The notes: generated by a model not told the origin, from the letters alone. Counted from the first letter of the whole stretch, positions 1 to 12,701 are shown. The stretch is DNA of 61,817 nt, filler included, from Sphacelaria rigidula (GCA_964200075.2; 9 parts of 9 records of this genome joined end to end with filler, not necessarily neighbours in it), one strand, 5' to 3'. A program made the numbers and translations.

Positions 1-301
1 CAGACCTGCTAGCGTCACAGGTCACACATGAGGGAGGTCAACACAGTTTTGTTTTATCAACATTTTTTGTTCGTTTTTAGTACCCCACCTTCCTTCTGCG
101 GTGATTGCCTTTTATTTTTATCGCAAGAGGGGTTCAGCAGTCCCTTTCCCTCGTCGACCTTGAAGTCGGTTTTCGTGTGCCCACGACATGGTCGCTCTCC
201 GCTGTTGGGCGTGAGAAAAAATCCCAGATTGCTCCGAGATTTGAACCCACGACCCACCCGTCAGAAGGTTTCGAGGTTACCAACTAAGCTACCGGGGCGA
301 C
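1..301 (-). mobile_element. tRNA-derived SINE (3' end cut by scaffold start)
   Basis: Minus-strand head has a Pol III A-box (TAGCTTAGTTGG) and B-box (GGTTCAAATC). The body aligns by eye to copies at 22118-22656 and 54786-54938. Confidence 0.8.
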
Positions 302-315
302 CGGCATGAACCTTG

Positions 316-402
316 TCCGGCAAAAACCCGGCGTTCTTCGTCCCGGCTTTGTAGGGATGCGAGGTCAATGGTCATATGACTAGTGCATGCGAAATCGTGA
401 GT

Positions 403-436
<34 letters not shown>
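316..436. repeat. Interspersed repeat (GTCCGGC...CCCGGCTTTGTAG...GAGGTCAATGGTC family) ending in a poly-C tract
   Basis: Homologous to 35635-35737 (opposite orientation) and 46895-46972. The GTCCGGC/AAAGCCGGGAC portion also ends the repeats at 13339-13618 and 36372-36630. Confidence 0.65.
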
Positions 437-437
<1 letters not shown>

Positions 438-2587
438 ACAGAGGAGCACAATCCTGGTTTAAACTAAAAACCGCTAGGGGGATAACGCCGCGGTCCATTT
501 CGTGAGAGGGAGCGATAAATATACGATTTATGGGATACCGTCAGGAAAAAATGGAAGGATGATTAACGGATCCCGCCAGGTACACGGCCGTTGGAGATGT
601 GTAGCAAAAGAGAATATGACAACATGTATCAAGTGAAGCTAATTCGAAACGAAGGCCACATCGAAGGAACGGTACTGTTATTAATCAAGGACCCAGGGAA
701 ATATACTATAGATTGGCCGATCGCTGCAGCCGATCCGACGGGCAATACAACAAGGTAGATTCAAACCTCCGCAACACCCGATAAGAGAGGGAAACACAAA
801 TTGGGTCCCAAAAACCAGACAGTAGACGGTGACACTCTGAACTACGCAGTTCTTGGCACGTTCACAGCATGAGCCAAGTCGAGGATACGCCGAGTTCGCT
901 AGCTCGATAAACCTCCATAAACACAAGGAAAAACGATAAATGATACATCACAGACCCGTCTTCTCATATTTTCCCCGAACTCCCGCGCCTGCTCGGCGAT
1001 TCATGGTGCTCTCGACCACCTCGATCAGTTTTTCCGTATCGCAGGGAAGAAGTGACGCAAGGTGTCAAGATCTCAACAAAGGAGCTCTTCTGCCCCCGGG
1101 ATCACTCATAGCCTATTGACCGGCCCTCGGCCAGTCCTCACCCACATAAAGACGTGAAGATCATACGCCTAACTTCGGAGCACTAACCGGTATCCACACT
1201 GTAGCTCTAACTGCGTACCACTTCGCCCTTCTGTCTAATGAAAACGAAACGAAATACTCGGAAATAACAGTTGTTTCGGCAATAATTATTCCTCAAGATT
1301 GAGCTATTCTTTCCCATCGTCCTTTCCGATTTGAGTCTAACAGACAGATATCAAAGCTAGTGCTAGCTCGTAAGTGGCCTTTCCCCCCCGCAAGCACGCT
1401 CAACAGCTAGTACCGTTGAATCAACCCTTTCCCCAGCCCACGTAATACCTACATACCTGGGGATGTTGCATGTACACAGCTGTTTTGTTAGAGAGGTACA
1501 ACTAATCACAGTATACATTGGGGATTCGCTGCCTTCCCACACTCCTTACCGCAGCCTAACGACACGCGAAGATACTTCCAGCTTTGAAGAAAAAAATCCT
1601 CCGAGTCTTGTTCCTACTCTGCTACACGTGAGCAAGTCTTGATTTGGCTGGAATCTATACACTACTTTGGGATCTATACCGTCGTCCGGGTCGGCGCCAA
1701 CGTTACCTCAGACGGTACAGCTGGTCCCTAGCAGCAAATATTATTTTTGGGACTCGCTACCCTCCCACACTAATCCGCGGGAAACTATTATTGTGGATGT
1801 TTCCGGCATTATCCCTCCGTCCTAGCACTTGAGGGTGTGCCAATCTGCGATCCCATCCGCCCACAAACCGGGAGGCTCATACCACTAGACAGACGCGGGT
1901 GACACCTCCTGCTTTGGGTATAAGACGGTACCTGTGACTACAGCCAATCGTCGTTTTTCACCACAGTTCCTCGCTTGGCCATGATTTCCTAACAGTCCTC
2001 AACTGCAAGATAGTTTTTTTGACAATTTCTTGCAGGGATTTTGTCAATATCGGTTCATGCCCCTTGCTGTCATGAGTTCGGACATTATTTTCAACTGCGA
2101 AAACGGATTCCTAGGACGACGTAAGTACAGTAATCAACCGGACTTAGCTTGCCAAGTCCCCGTGACTGAATGAGATATTTTCAATTATAGCACACGTTAA
2201 ACATTCTGGCCAAAAACTCACTATTTACAGCGAACCAACCTTGCAACACCTAAAACAACCTTACGCGTACTCACTGACAATACTTCCTAGAAAATTTGCC
2301 TGATTCATGTTAAGGCGCAAGAAACCAAGTGTGGCGCCTGTTCGCGGCGATGTGTACCACCTTCTCGTGACTAAGCCATCCATTATGTACGCACGCGTTT
2401 TCCTCCAACGCCTGCATCTCCTCGATATGCACCTAGTTGGCGCAGTAGTACCAATTCGCGCATAGAACACAACATTGACAAATTCCGCATACAACATGCC
2501 CGCTACTACCCTGTTCCGTGTTGCTCCGTCTCGAGAGGGGTTGCGTGGTCAAAGGTCAAACGACTAAGGCGAGCAACAAATGAGTAC

Positions 2588-2624
<37 letters not shown>

Positions 2625-3518
2625 CCAATACCGCCCCCCCCCCCCCCCCCCCCGCGCGGGCCCGCAACCCCCCCCCCCCCCCCCCCCCCCCCACCCCNNN
2701 NNNNNNNGGTTAAGAGCCAAAGACCAACGGCGCGCAACAAAGAGGTCCGTGCCCCCCCCCCCCCCCCCAACCACTCATTCCTTTAGCGAGATCGCCCCGT
2801 CAGGCCCCGGCGAACGGAGTGCTCGAACTCCACCTCCACGTCCCGTCGATCATGCTCCGGGAGCCTGGAGAGTGTTATCACGAGAAAAAACATGAGAAAA
2901 AACATGAGAAACATGCGCAACGCTACTTCTTATTGGGATCACAGTTGTCTTGTTCGAATACCAGATGCATGGAACATGTGGGCAGCATTTGTCGCCCATC
3001 TTGTCTCCTTCCTGCAACGTCTCCCCATTTTTCCATATATATATATATATATAATATATGTATGTATATCTGGTTGAAGTATCGGCACCTGACTCTTTGC
3101 GAACAATAGGGGGCTAGCGGCTAGGACAAATAGGCTGCAATTCTCTCGGTGAGGTCAGGAATGGTGTCCACGACAGGTGATGGCCTTTTCTTTCCCGTTT
3201 TGGGACCGAAAATTCGATCACATGTCCCGTACAATCAAGATCCGAACACAACAATGACAATGGCAGAAAACGAGACACACCATAACGGTCGCCGGTGATC
3301 CTGGACGTGTAACGTTGTCCATACCATGCTTTCTACAGGGAAGGGCAATGTACGCGACGGTATAGGACACAGACAGGAGAATACCCGACGATGCTACTTG
3401 ACTGCACACGGTCCAGTCTCAAATCGAACACCGTAATCTCCAAGTGCCTTGTAATTAATGAGCCTCACTTCGAATAACAACTCTACCAAACGGAGGGAAG
3501 CACAGAAGTTCGAGAGAT

Positions 3519-3551
3519 AACAACAACAGCAACAGCAACAGCAGCAGCAGC

Positions 3552-3608
<57 letters not shown>

Positions 3609-3617
3609 AACAACAAT

Positions 3618-3678
<61 letters not shown>

Positions 3679-3682
3679 GCAA
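3519..3682 (+). repeat. (CAA)n microsatellite, probably a retroposon 3' tail
   Basis: About 55 CAA/CAG/TAA units directly after GTTCGAGAGAT, a motif also found in the LINE 3' ends at ~12190 and ~23640. Confidence 0.9.
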
Positions 3683-4542
3683 CGGTAAGCGTTTCACGTC
3701 TCCAGTGAGCCCTGCTCTGCCTCTGCCATCAACCCACACTGGTCAGGGAAGCACGACGTAATGAAAGACACTCACGTCTCCAGCCCTGCGATGAGAGAGA
3801 CCGCCCTAGGCACCACCGCCGCAGGCCACTGCCTGCACATCTCGATCTCAGCGGTTGCTGTGCGGTGTCCGCGCTGCGTATATGTACTAGTACTGGCGTC
3901 GGGGAGGGACGACGTCGCTGCGACTGTCATGCGTCTCTTATCCCACGCATTGCCAAGGCTCCGGTGCGGTAGTAGTCCTCCGCATGCCTGTCTAGCCTTT
4001 TCGACCTCTAGGTCCCTTGCTGCATTTCCGTCGTTGCCGAAAAACACGCAAGAGTGGAAACGGTCGTGTCGAGAGGATGGGAAAGCGAGGGTAGGGAGAG
4101 ATACGGAGTGACAGAGACAGAGAGAGGCGGAGAAGCTTCGCTGTTTCACGATGGTGGTGAGTATGCGTGCGCATTGCTTATGTGCCTTGGTTGCGTCAAG
4201 AAGTTGGGAAATAAATATCTTGACGTTGGTGAGGACCGTGGTGTGTTGATACGGTGTGGCTCTCACATTTGCGGCGGGCAGAGATGAATTGTTTTGAATT
4301 TTCGTCGCTTCGACACAGGGAAACCTTTCAAGAACGTTTTGTCAGAGCAACAGAACAAAGAACAGAATATAAATCCGGATACACCCGGATATAACTTCAA
4401 ATTGAGTTGAACTACATGGTATAACTGTGGTCTCGACGCCATCGGGCGTTCATTGGGGAGTTTTACACATGTCACTTTGCAAGTGCTTTTTGTCACCTTC
4501 TGCACGACATTGCGATGGTATCGATTGCTGTAGTAACGATGA

Positions 4543-4620
4543 GTATGCGTCATGCTACGATCGGGGGGTGTACTCATGATCATGCTTGAGTACACCCCCC
4601 GATCGTAGCATGACGCATAC
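4543..4620. repeat. Perfect 34-bp-stem hairpin
   Basis: GTATGCGTCATGCTACGATCGGGGGGTGTACTCA, a 10-nt loop, then the exact reverse complement. Confidence 0.85.
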
Positions 4621-5573
4621 GATACGATCGGGGGGGGGAGGGGTATTTAGGGCCGTTTTCTTCCACGACATTCCACTTCAATAATCGCCGTTGAAAGCAG
4701 CCAACACTTGTTCCAACGCGCTTGCTCCCGATAAACAACGCTCATTAATACTGCTTTACACCGCATTTACCCAAATACAAGCGCACCCCGAGTGTTTTTG
4801 GTCGTTTGACGCAACTATGAGCACATGTGGAATCGAGCACCCCCACCCACACCCCCCACCCACCCACCACGCGTCACCACCCCCTCCGACTGGCCCCCAA
4901 CTCCACAACCCNNNNNNNNNNCAACCCCCGCCCCACCGCTTTTTTTCGTTCCCCGCAACCCCGACCACGTGGGGGATGGGGCCCCCCCCCCCCCCCCCCC
5001 CCCCCCACCCCCATCGTAGCATGGCTCGTATGTAGTCTACAAGCACGAAAAGACAGAATCTCGTCCGTCGTAAAAACGATCGCACACGTTCGCGCGAGTT
5101 CAAGATTTCACGGTAGTACGCGCAGTACCTTCACTGCCATCGAAATATGTGTGTGCACGGCGATCATCTAGCCAAAGCAACATGGGCAATACCTGCACGT
5201 TTTCTACAATTTTTGTCACTGTAGTGTTCTGTAGTCTCAACAGGCAACTGCGTGATGGCTCCTGTGCTCTGTACACGAAATACCAAACCAAAACAATCAA
5301 GGCTACGAGTGAGAAGTCAACATCGGTGCCACAAATTAATATGTTGGTCTGTTCGACTCTGTGAGAAAGAGGTGGAAACTCGCCGATTCTCATCATCATC
5401 GCTCTCGTTGTCCTCCTCCTTGTCATCCTTGTCGTCTTGGTATCTTTATCACCGCCACCATTACTATCATGGTCGTGTTGCTGGCTTAACAAACAAACAA
5501 ACAAACAAACAAACAAACAAGATCAACGACAGGAGAGAAAAAAGTAGGGCAAAACTCAGCAGGAAATGCTCAC

Positions 5574-5751
5574 CTGCTTGTTGATCGGCTTCTCTGCGTC
5601 TCATCACCTCCTCCACGAACGACATACGGTGTCCGTTGACCTCTGTGCTGTGAGCCTCATCGCCGCAGCCCCCGTCCACCTCTGACCCATCCTCATCTAA
5701 CAGGAGACCCTCGCGGGAGAGCTTGGAAGGGCTCTTGGTAGGGTACGTGGT
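5574..5751 (-). CDS. Possible internal exon of an unknown or decayed gene
   Basis: CAG acceptor, 178-nt open frame (TTYPTKSPSKLSREGLLLDEDGSEVD...EEVMRRREADQQA), GTGAG donor. The next candidate exon (~5380-5481, DDKDDKEEDNESDDDEN) does not join in frame. Confidence 0.3.
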
Positions 5752-6781
5752 CTGGTCGTGCCTATTTTAATGATGTTGCGTTAGATGTGGTGAAGGCGGG
5801 TGGGATGGGATGGAGCATGACGAGTGGTTATGGAGGGCAGCCAGCGACGGCTGTGTATTGTGGGAAGACGACAGTGCTGGATGGGGCTCGGGGGTTCATC
5901 GCTTCGCGGGTAGATAAACGAATGATTTGGTGAGGTTGATAAAAGTTGCTTCCTCTCGCGTCATTAAGTACGCAATTGAACCCGCGCTGTTTGACCGTTT
6001 GCTGGATTTTCGATCCACAGGGAGTGCCGCTAGACTGTGTTCATACACTGCCACATGATGATAAATTGATTGCGTATCTGTAACCTGGCGGTATCCGATG
6101 ATCATTGAGAATGCTCCGTCACACGAAGACACCAAGACGCTATGTGAAAATCAAAACGAGTAAACGTGTACTGTACGGTGGTCACAGGGTTAGGGTCAGG
6201 GCGATAGGGTAAGGACTGGGGCTAGGACTCGGAAATCTGGGTACTTACTCTCATGTCCTATGATAGCGTGCTTGCTCGCCACACAATTTGACTCAACGGC
6301 ATTGCCCTGTTCATTCTCACTACAATACACCATCATGTTCGCCAGAAATTCAAGAACTGGCTAGCACTAGGGCTGAGAGATTTGGCTGCTTACCCTCAGG
6401 CGCTGATATAGTTATGCGTCGCAAGTTTAAGATCAACCGTATTTGATATGTTGGTTTTCATTGACATACACGTTCATTTCGGTCAGACCCGTCACCTCTC
6501 GTGCAGGCACAACATATATCCAGAACACCAATCGCAAAAGGTTCGATGTGAATCCAATACAAAGCGTTGGGCTTCAGTACGCTTATCCCTATCCATGGCA
6601 AAAAAACAACAAGAACATTGTACCCAAAATGTTGCCTCTGTGGCTTCAATCGCTGACTTCTTGCAGTCTACTCGCAAGGACTGTTCAGCTTTCCCACGTT
6701 AGTCTTGGTTAGACACCCATGAGGCAGTGTAAAAGCCGTTGCTGTCTCGGGAAGTGGCGATACCAGAAAATAAAGCAAGTC

Positions 6782-6881
6782 NNNNNNNNNNNNNNNNNNN
6801 NNNNNNNNNNNNNNNNNNNNNNNNNTTAATTAATTAANNNNNNNNNNNNNNNNNNNNNNNNNNNNNNNNNNNNNNNNNNNN
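6782..6881. other. Artificial scaffold spacer
   Basis: N44-TTAATTAATTAA-N44. Confidence 0.99.
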
Positions 6882-7930
6882 AGTTACGTCGGCATTACAG
6901 AGTCCTCGGTGATCTGGTCCTTCCGGAGCGTTCCGAACTTGTCCCTGCTTGCGCTGGGTCTGTATACATGTGTCACTGCAAAGAGATATCTCCCACATAC
7001 CGAGGTTTTTCCTCAGTGTAACGCCGTTCTTGTCCTTGATGAACCGCTGCCCCCCCCCGATTGCCTCCCGCCAAGACCCCCCAATCTCTTGAGGTGTTTG
7101 TACAGGCCTCTCAGTCTTGATCCTTGTGCACTGCTTCTTGCCCCGCCACATACCTCTCCAGATGTGCATGGACGCTGTCGTCTATTGCTGCACCTACTCC
7201 CTCACGCGCGACTCTGAGTGTTTTCACGTTACTGGTGTCCGGGTGTCCTCCATCAGTCAGTGTGCCTCCCGCCGTTTGGCAGTGCTGCCTTCACTGTGAC
7301 TCTCCTGTCGTGACTTTCACACCACTCCGGCATACGTGGTATCCGTGCCTCTTCCGGGACTAGTGTCTGCGCGGCTTGGGAGATAGCCTCGGTAAATCTT
7401 TCGCGGCGGCCGGTGCGTCGTGGTTGGCTGGCATGTTCGCTCACTGACGTTGGGTGGGGCCCTCTCGATCACATGCCACTGTGCCATGTCGACCCGCAGC
7501 TGTTGTCTGCTGAGTTTCCACTGTTTTGGCGTGGTTCGTACGGTAAGGTTGCGGGTGAGGCGGCCACCGAGGTTGACAGTGGCTACCCCCATATTGTGGA
7601 CCGACTCAGCCTCGGCCGGAAGTGCGGATTGGGGGGGGAGGGGTAACGACTAGGTTGAGTGCTCTACCTCGGTGTGCGTACCGTGCGAGTATCAAGTCTA
7701 TGTGCTTCAAGTCTCTCGCGCGGTTCCTCATGACACTGCTGTATAGCTGTGAAATCCCGTCCTTGCGTGTGCTGAGGGAGGTGTTCGTGATGGCTAGTTT
7801 GTTGTTGTCGGTTGCTAAAGATAGCAGTAGTTTGCCGTGATCATTTAGGTCATCACGCCCATAGGCGCCTAGGATCCCTTGTTCCTGTAGACCTTCTCGG
7901 GTTTTTCTCCCCGTCCGCGTGTCGGTGTCC
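6882..7930 (-). mobile_element. Decayed non-LTR retrotransposon, AP-endonuclease C-terminal region and linker (RTE-like)
   Basis: Minus-strand frames give LGAYGRDDLNDHGKLLL...LAITNT...KHIDLIL and a degenerate SDHN motif (ESVHNM), then linker peptides (FIKDKNGVTLR). Frameshifts are present. Confidence 0.75.
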
Positions 7931-10291
7931 ATCAACTTACGCACACACACACACACACACACACACCTTCGACGGGGTCCACCGTACGAGATCGTCGAGC
8001 CCATCCCGGAACGCTTTTTTGGTTTCGTCCTTGGTGATATCAGTTGGTGCATACGCAGCTGTGAAATTGATCGCTCCGCTTCGTGCCGGTATCTCAAACC
8101 GCATTGCCGATAGGTGCTCGTCAACGTACTCAGCGCTGTGGGCGGATTATTACGAATCGACGTTTTGACGCCTAGTCCCACAACATGGTGTCCGCCTTAC
8201 TCGTTCCCCCAGCAGAAGACGCTGAACCCTGATGATGTACAGTTTGTTCGTGCTGCTCTCCTTCTCCCGAAATCATGATAACTTTGCTGCTCAAGTTCAA
8301 GTATAGCGGTACCGTATGATGCGCCCGTGCAACACACAGAGGTCGTGCGTGTACCTGACTGCGTGTTTAATTGTTTTTATATGTTTCTTTCGTGAGTCTA
8401 ACGGAATGATATTATGTGGTGAGTGACGACTGCCACGTATCTGCTTTGTTCGCAAAATGTACATCGGACAGCGGCACACTGTCCCTACGGCCAAGAGTTG
8501 ATGCATGTATAGTCGCCAAATGGTTATGTTGTGAAGCCCTTTTTCGCGGCATTGAGTGAGAGCAAGCGCTGTCGAGACTACTCTATACGGCTTTACACAC
8601 GAGGTACGCGATGAAACGTACAGCGTACTGTTCCATTCCCCCTTCCCCCTCCTTCTCTTTCACGCGGAAACTGCATCGTGCATGTTTTATAGAAACATGT
8701 GAGATGCCTCTTTTTGCGTAAGGCTGACTGGTATCTTCGCTGTATGGCTCATGACTGAAGGGTGTTGCGCGTTGGTGCTGCGAATAAGATATGACCGGTT
8801 CATAATGGTCTGTGAGATGTCACGTGCACACTGTCAAGCATTACTGGTTCCGTGCAGAGCTGTTTGGTACTCATGGGATTCGCAAGCGCGCATGTTTACG
8901 GAATACCTGGAAACGCTGGGTTGGCGTAAACCTCGTGGCTGTTCCTGTGACGGGGCGAAACATTCGCGGCGTGTGGTCAACCTCCGTTGGAAACTACCGG
9001 TTTTGTATCGAGTTACCGACTGCGGTTTCACCATGCTGGATACACTGTGTTGTCCAACATATACATGCCAACGAATGACAGCAATGCCCTCATGCTGCAC
9101 TCGGTTTATTGTGCCGTTCACCGATGGGTTGTGAGGGTGATACCATGGATGCGAGATGTGATCACACTGCTGCATGGGGTGTCAACGTGATCCTGATGGT
9201 GAACCCGTCCAGATCGGAAGTCAGAGCCTGCGAAAAACAGTCGATAACCCCACTGGTGTTTACTGCACACGGGGCGCAGCAATTCTTGGTGTTTTGCGAA
9301 GAGATTTCGTTAAGTCCTGGGTTTGGCTCCCGAAAAATAACTGTTTGCAACCACCGTCACAGCTTTCGAGAACCTGGATGATGATGACCGTGGAAGGTTC
9401 TCGGGGTAGTATTTCCGGAGAAATACCAACGGTAAAGGTAGCATGCAGGGGTGAAGATACATTTCACTGTTCACTATGAAACACGTGAAGTACAGTCCCG
9501 TGAAATGGTTTGGCTTGTTGGCGTTTGAAGGGAGAGAGAGTCCCTCATTACCGTATACTTGGTGAGTACTGCTGCCGTGCACATTCGTTTGACCAGAGGA
9601 TCAGAGTCTTGAGGAGAACTGGCCCATTGGATCTCGGAGAGGAATATAGTTTATGCAGATCAGCCACGAAACGTATGTAGTATGCATATCCAGCCGAGTT
9701 GTTTTTGAGAACCTCTGTGGTTACTGAGTATATAAATATTGCTTGGGAGACAATGCATGCCTATGAACAATAAAGCTTTCAAGTTTCAGATCGACCGTTG
9801 AGTGACAATTGAGTGGCAGCGCGACAGAACTTCCCCCTTGTGCTTCTTACCGCCCCCGTTTCTCCCGAGCCTCCGCGGTGGTGCTCTGTTCCTCAACTGC
9901 TCGCTTATCTGTAGGTGAAACCCAGACGCCGGGGTCTGTACGAGGTGAACTTGCGACGTTGGAGGATGGACGGTGACCCTCGATGAGGGTTGACTCTTGC
10001 TCCAAGGTTCGTGGGCAGCTGTGCCATGGCGAAACGCTCAAGCCGCGATGGAAATGGGGAGGGGAAAGCCTCTGGTTGTATTCCTCACATTTTCCCCACG
10101 GCTGGGGCATACGATTCGATGGTTGATGGTGAGCGGTATCCTGTGAATGTGTGAGTGCGAAGGGATTTTGTGCCCATCGACACGTGTTCCTCCTTCGGTA
10201 CTTTGTACGATGCCGGCAGTAGGGAGGGGCATTCAGGCATTTTGATACTGAACCGTGAAATTGGTGAAGTGGACTACCCCAAACGAGCTTT

Positions 10292-12228
10292 AACTACCGC
10301 GGTATTTCTCTCGGGTCCCACGCGGGCAAGGTGGTGCTCAAGATAATCGCGACTCGCCTCAGCGCCTACTGCGAGTGGAAGGGAATCCTCCCAGAAGCGC
10401 AATGCGGTTTCCGACCTGGCCGTTTCACAGCCGATATGATGCTCGTTGTATGCAGACTCAAAGAACTGGTCCGAGAGAAGAATGTTCCTCTGTACATGTG
10501 CTTCATCGACCTCCAAAAAGCATACGACTCAGTGGACCGCTCACTTCTCTGGAAAGTTCTAGCGCACTACGGTATACCCACCAAGGTAATTTCCATCATC
10601 CGCCAATTTCATGACGCCATGCGGACATGCGTACGCCTGGGCACCCGGCGAGACATCTGAAGGGCTCAACGTCAACCAGGGCCTCCACTAAGATTGTGTA
10701 CTTCCCCCCCGGTCTGTTCAACATCTTTTTCGCGGCGGTGATGACGGTATCGTTCGACCACTTCTCAATCAATAAAGCGCTGGTTCAGGATTTCATCCGA
10801 ATCCCTGCAAGGGGCGGGAAAACCAGGGACGAACTCAGCAAAGTGCTCTGGGCCATGCATGCTATACGCCGAAGACGCTGGAATCGCCTCGCGATCTCGA
10901 GAAAGCCTGGCAAAGATGATGACGGCCATCGTCGAGGTCTGTGCCGCGTTCGGCCTTGTCGTCGCGGAAAAGAAGACGGTCATCATACACATGCGCTCCC
11001 CGAACATGGAGATGGCTACAATCGAGGTGGAGGCAGCGGGCCAAAGGTACAAGCAAGTTGAGTCGTTCCTCTACCTTGGCGGGAAAATCAGCAGCATCGA
11101 TGATGTCACTCCCGAGATCCACAGCCGCATTGGCCAGGCCTGGACGTGCTTCGACAAGTACAGCAAAGCGGTGTACGATAACCCGTACATCGCCCTCGCC
11201 ATCAAGGTTCGTCTCCTGAAAACTGAAGTGATCGAGGTAATGCTGTATGACTGCGTGACCTGGACGATCGCACACAACAATTTCGGTGCGTTACGGGAGG
11301 CCCACCGAGGATTCCTGCCGAGGTGCCTCGATATGCATACCTCAAGCCGCAGCGCCCCTGACTACCACATGCTGCCATACCACGAGGTTCTTGAACGAAC
11401 TAGCTGCGAGTGCATTGAGGCCACAGTGATGAAGCGAATCCTCCTACACACCGGCCACGTTGTGCGCATGCACGATGAGCGCCTCCCCAACATCGTCATG
11501 CATGGAGTCATGGTTGGGGGGAAGACGAGGGCAGACCGACCAGCAAGGCGCCTACCACACTGAATCACGGACTACTGCTCGTACTCCGGGATAAACGCGA
11601 CATCGTGGACGCAAGTTGCCCAAGATGTGTCCGAATGGTCCCGAGTTGTAAAGGAGGCGGCTAACATGTACATAGCAGCCTGGAAGAAAGCACGCCACGC
11701 TAAGGAATGTTTTACTGTGCCACCACTCGAGCTCCCCCAGTGCCTACCGAGGACACTCAAAATGTAACCAGTAGTCGATCGGGTAGTACACTCACTAGTA
11801 CGTCTGCGGTTTCTCCGAACAGCCGCGGTGGTGATCTATGAGTGTCCCTGGGGTTGTTTTTTTAGTTGCCCCCCGCCCGGTGGCCTTGCGCATCTCTTTG
11901 TGCCATCTGTCTTCTCTTTTGTTGTCTTTTATTTCATTTCCCTTTGCTGCCGGTGTGCTTTTCTTGGCAGATCTAAAGTTGTTGTTTTTTACCCCGTTGA
12001 ACTCGGGGAAGCTATTTCTCATGTTTTTCTTGGCGTCTCTGTTCTTATTTTCATTTTGGTAATATTTGAGTTGATTGCGTTTGTTTATGTAATCAAGCTG
12101 GAGTCTTTGAAAAATGATGGAGGACTCTATGTCTTGTAAGGAATGGTAGGGACGGTATTAAAAAGACGAGCCTACGTCTGTGACCACGGGTTCGAGAGAT
12201 CGGACTAATGTGCGGAAATAATGATAAA
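10292..12228 (+). mobile_element. 5'-truncated, frameshifted RTE-like LINE: reverse transcriptase plus 3' UTR
   Basis: NYRGISL..HAGKVVLK, QCGFRPGR, FIDLQKAYDSVDR, LFNIFF, LYAEDA (YADD changed to YAED), FLYLG and ERLP are spread over several frames. The copy ends in GTGACCACGG...GAGAGATCGGACTAATGTG plus a short (AAT) tail. Confidence 0.92.
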
Positions 12229-12239
12229 AGTAAGTTTCC

Positions 12240-12701
12240 AAGCATACGCTAGACTAGGCGAATGAGGCGGCCGACAGGCGATAGGTGTCGGGTGGACTGG
12301 TAATGTGTGGGGGTGAATGCGTCTCGTGGTTGTCAAGGACACGAAACTGTGTGACGCTGTCAACGTCAGAAGCAGAATAATAAGTCACAATGATTGACAT
12401 AGTGAAGGAGTTGCTCTTTTTGAGACAGATATGAGAATTTATGCTGCCTGAAGTTGGAGAATCGTACATTTGTGTGTTCGAGGACAATCAGGGTGCTATT
12501 CAGTTGGCACAAAACCTTATCAAAAACTTCAACTCTAAGCACATTGATGTGAGATATCATTTCATTAGAGAGTAAGTGGGAAGAAGGGATATCTCAGTTA
12601 TTAATGTAAGGTCTGAGTACCAGCATGCCAATTTCTTGACGAAGGTTTCACCGACGGATCCCCTCGAATGTCACCGTGACTATGTCATGAGCATTGTTTG
12701 A
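12240..12701 (+). mobile_element. Ty1/copia RNase H remnant (pseudogenised)
   Basis: DRR*VSGGLVMCGGECVSWLSRTRNCVTLSTSEAE*...FEDNQGAIQLA...SKHIDVRYHFIRE...QHANFLTK carries the copia RNase H motifs with in-frame stops. It is absent from the ORF track. Confidence 0.88.

Noticed and set aside
225-301. tRNA gene (also ~22390-22468, ~22575-22656, ~54786-54860)
   Set aside because: No complete cloverleaf, and each is fused to the same SINE body.
3455-3739. Poly-Leu ORF, and the poly-Gly/poly-Pro ORFs at 289-498, 2506-2786 and 4691-5171
   Set aside because: Translations of microsatellites and homopolymer tracts.
6186-6228. Degenerate TTAGGG-like runs (also 60675-60696) as true telomeres
   Set aside because: Short, internal and degenerate, and they lack the MITE TIRs. 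At most they are relics.
6782-6881. Recurring TTAATTAATTAA motif at ~6.88-kb periodicity
   Set aside because: Artificial six-frame-stop spacer flanked by Ns, not biological.
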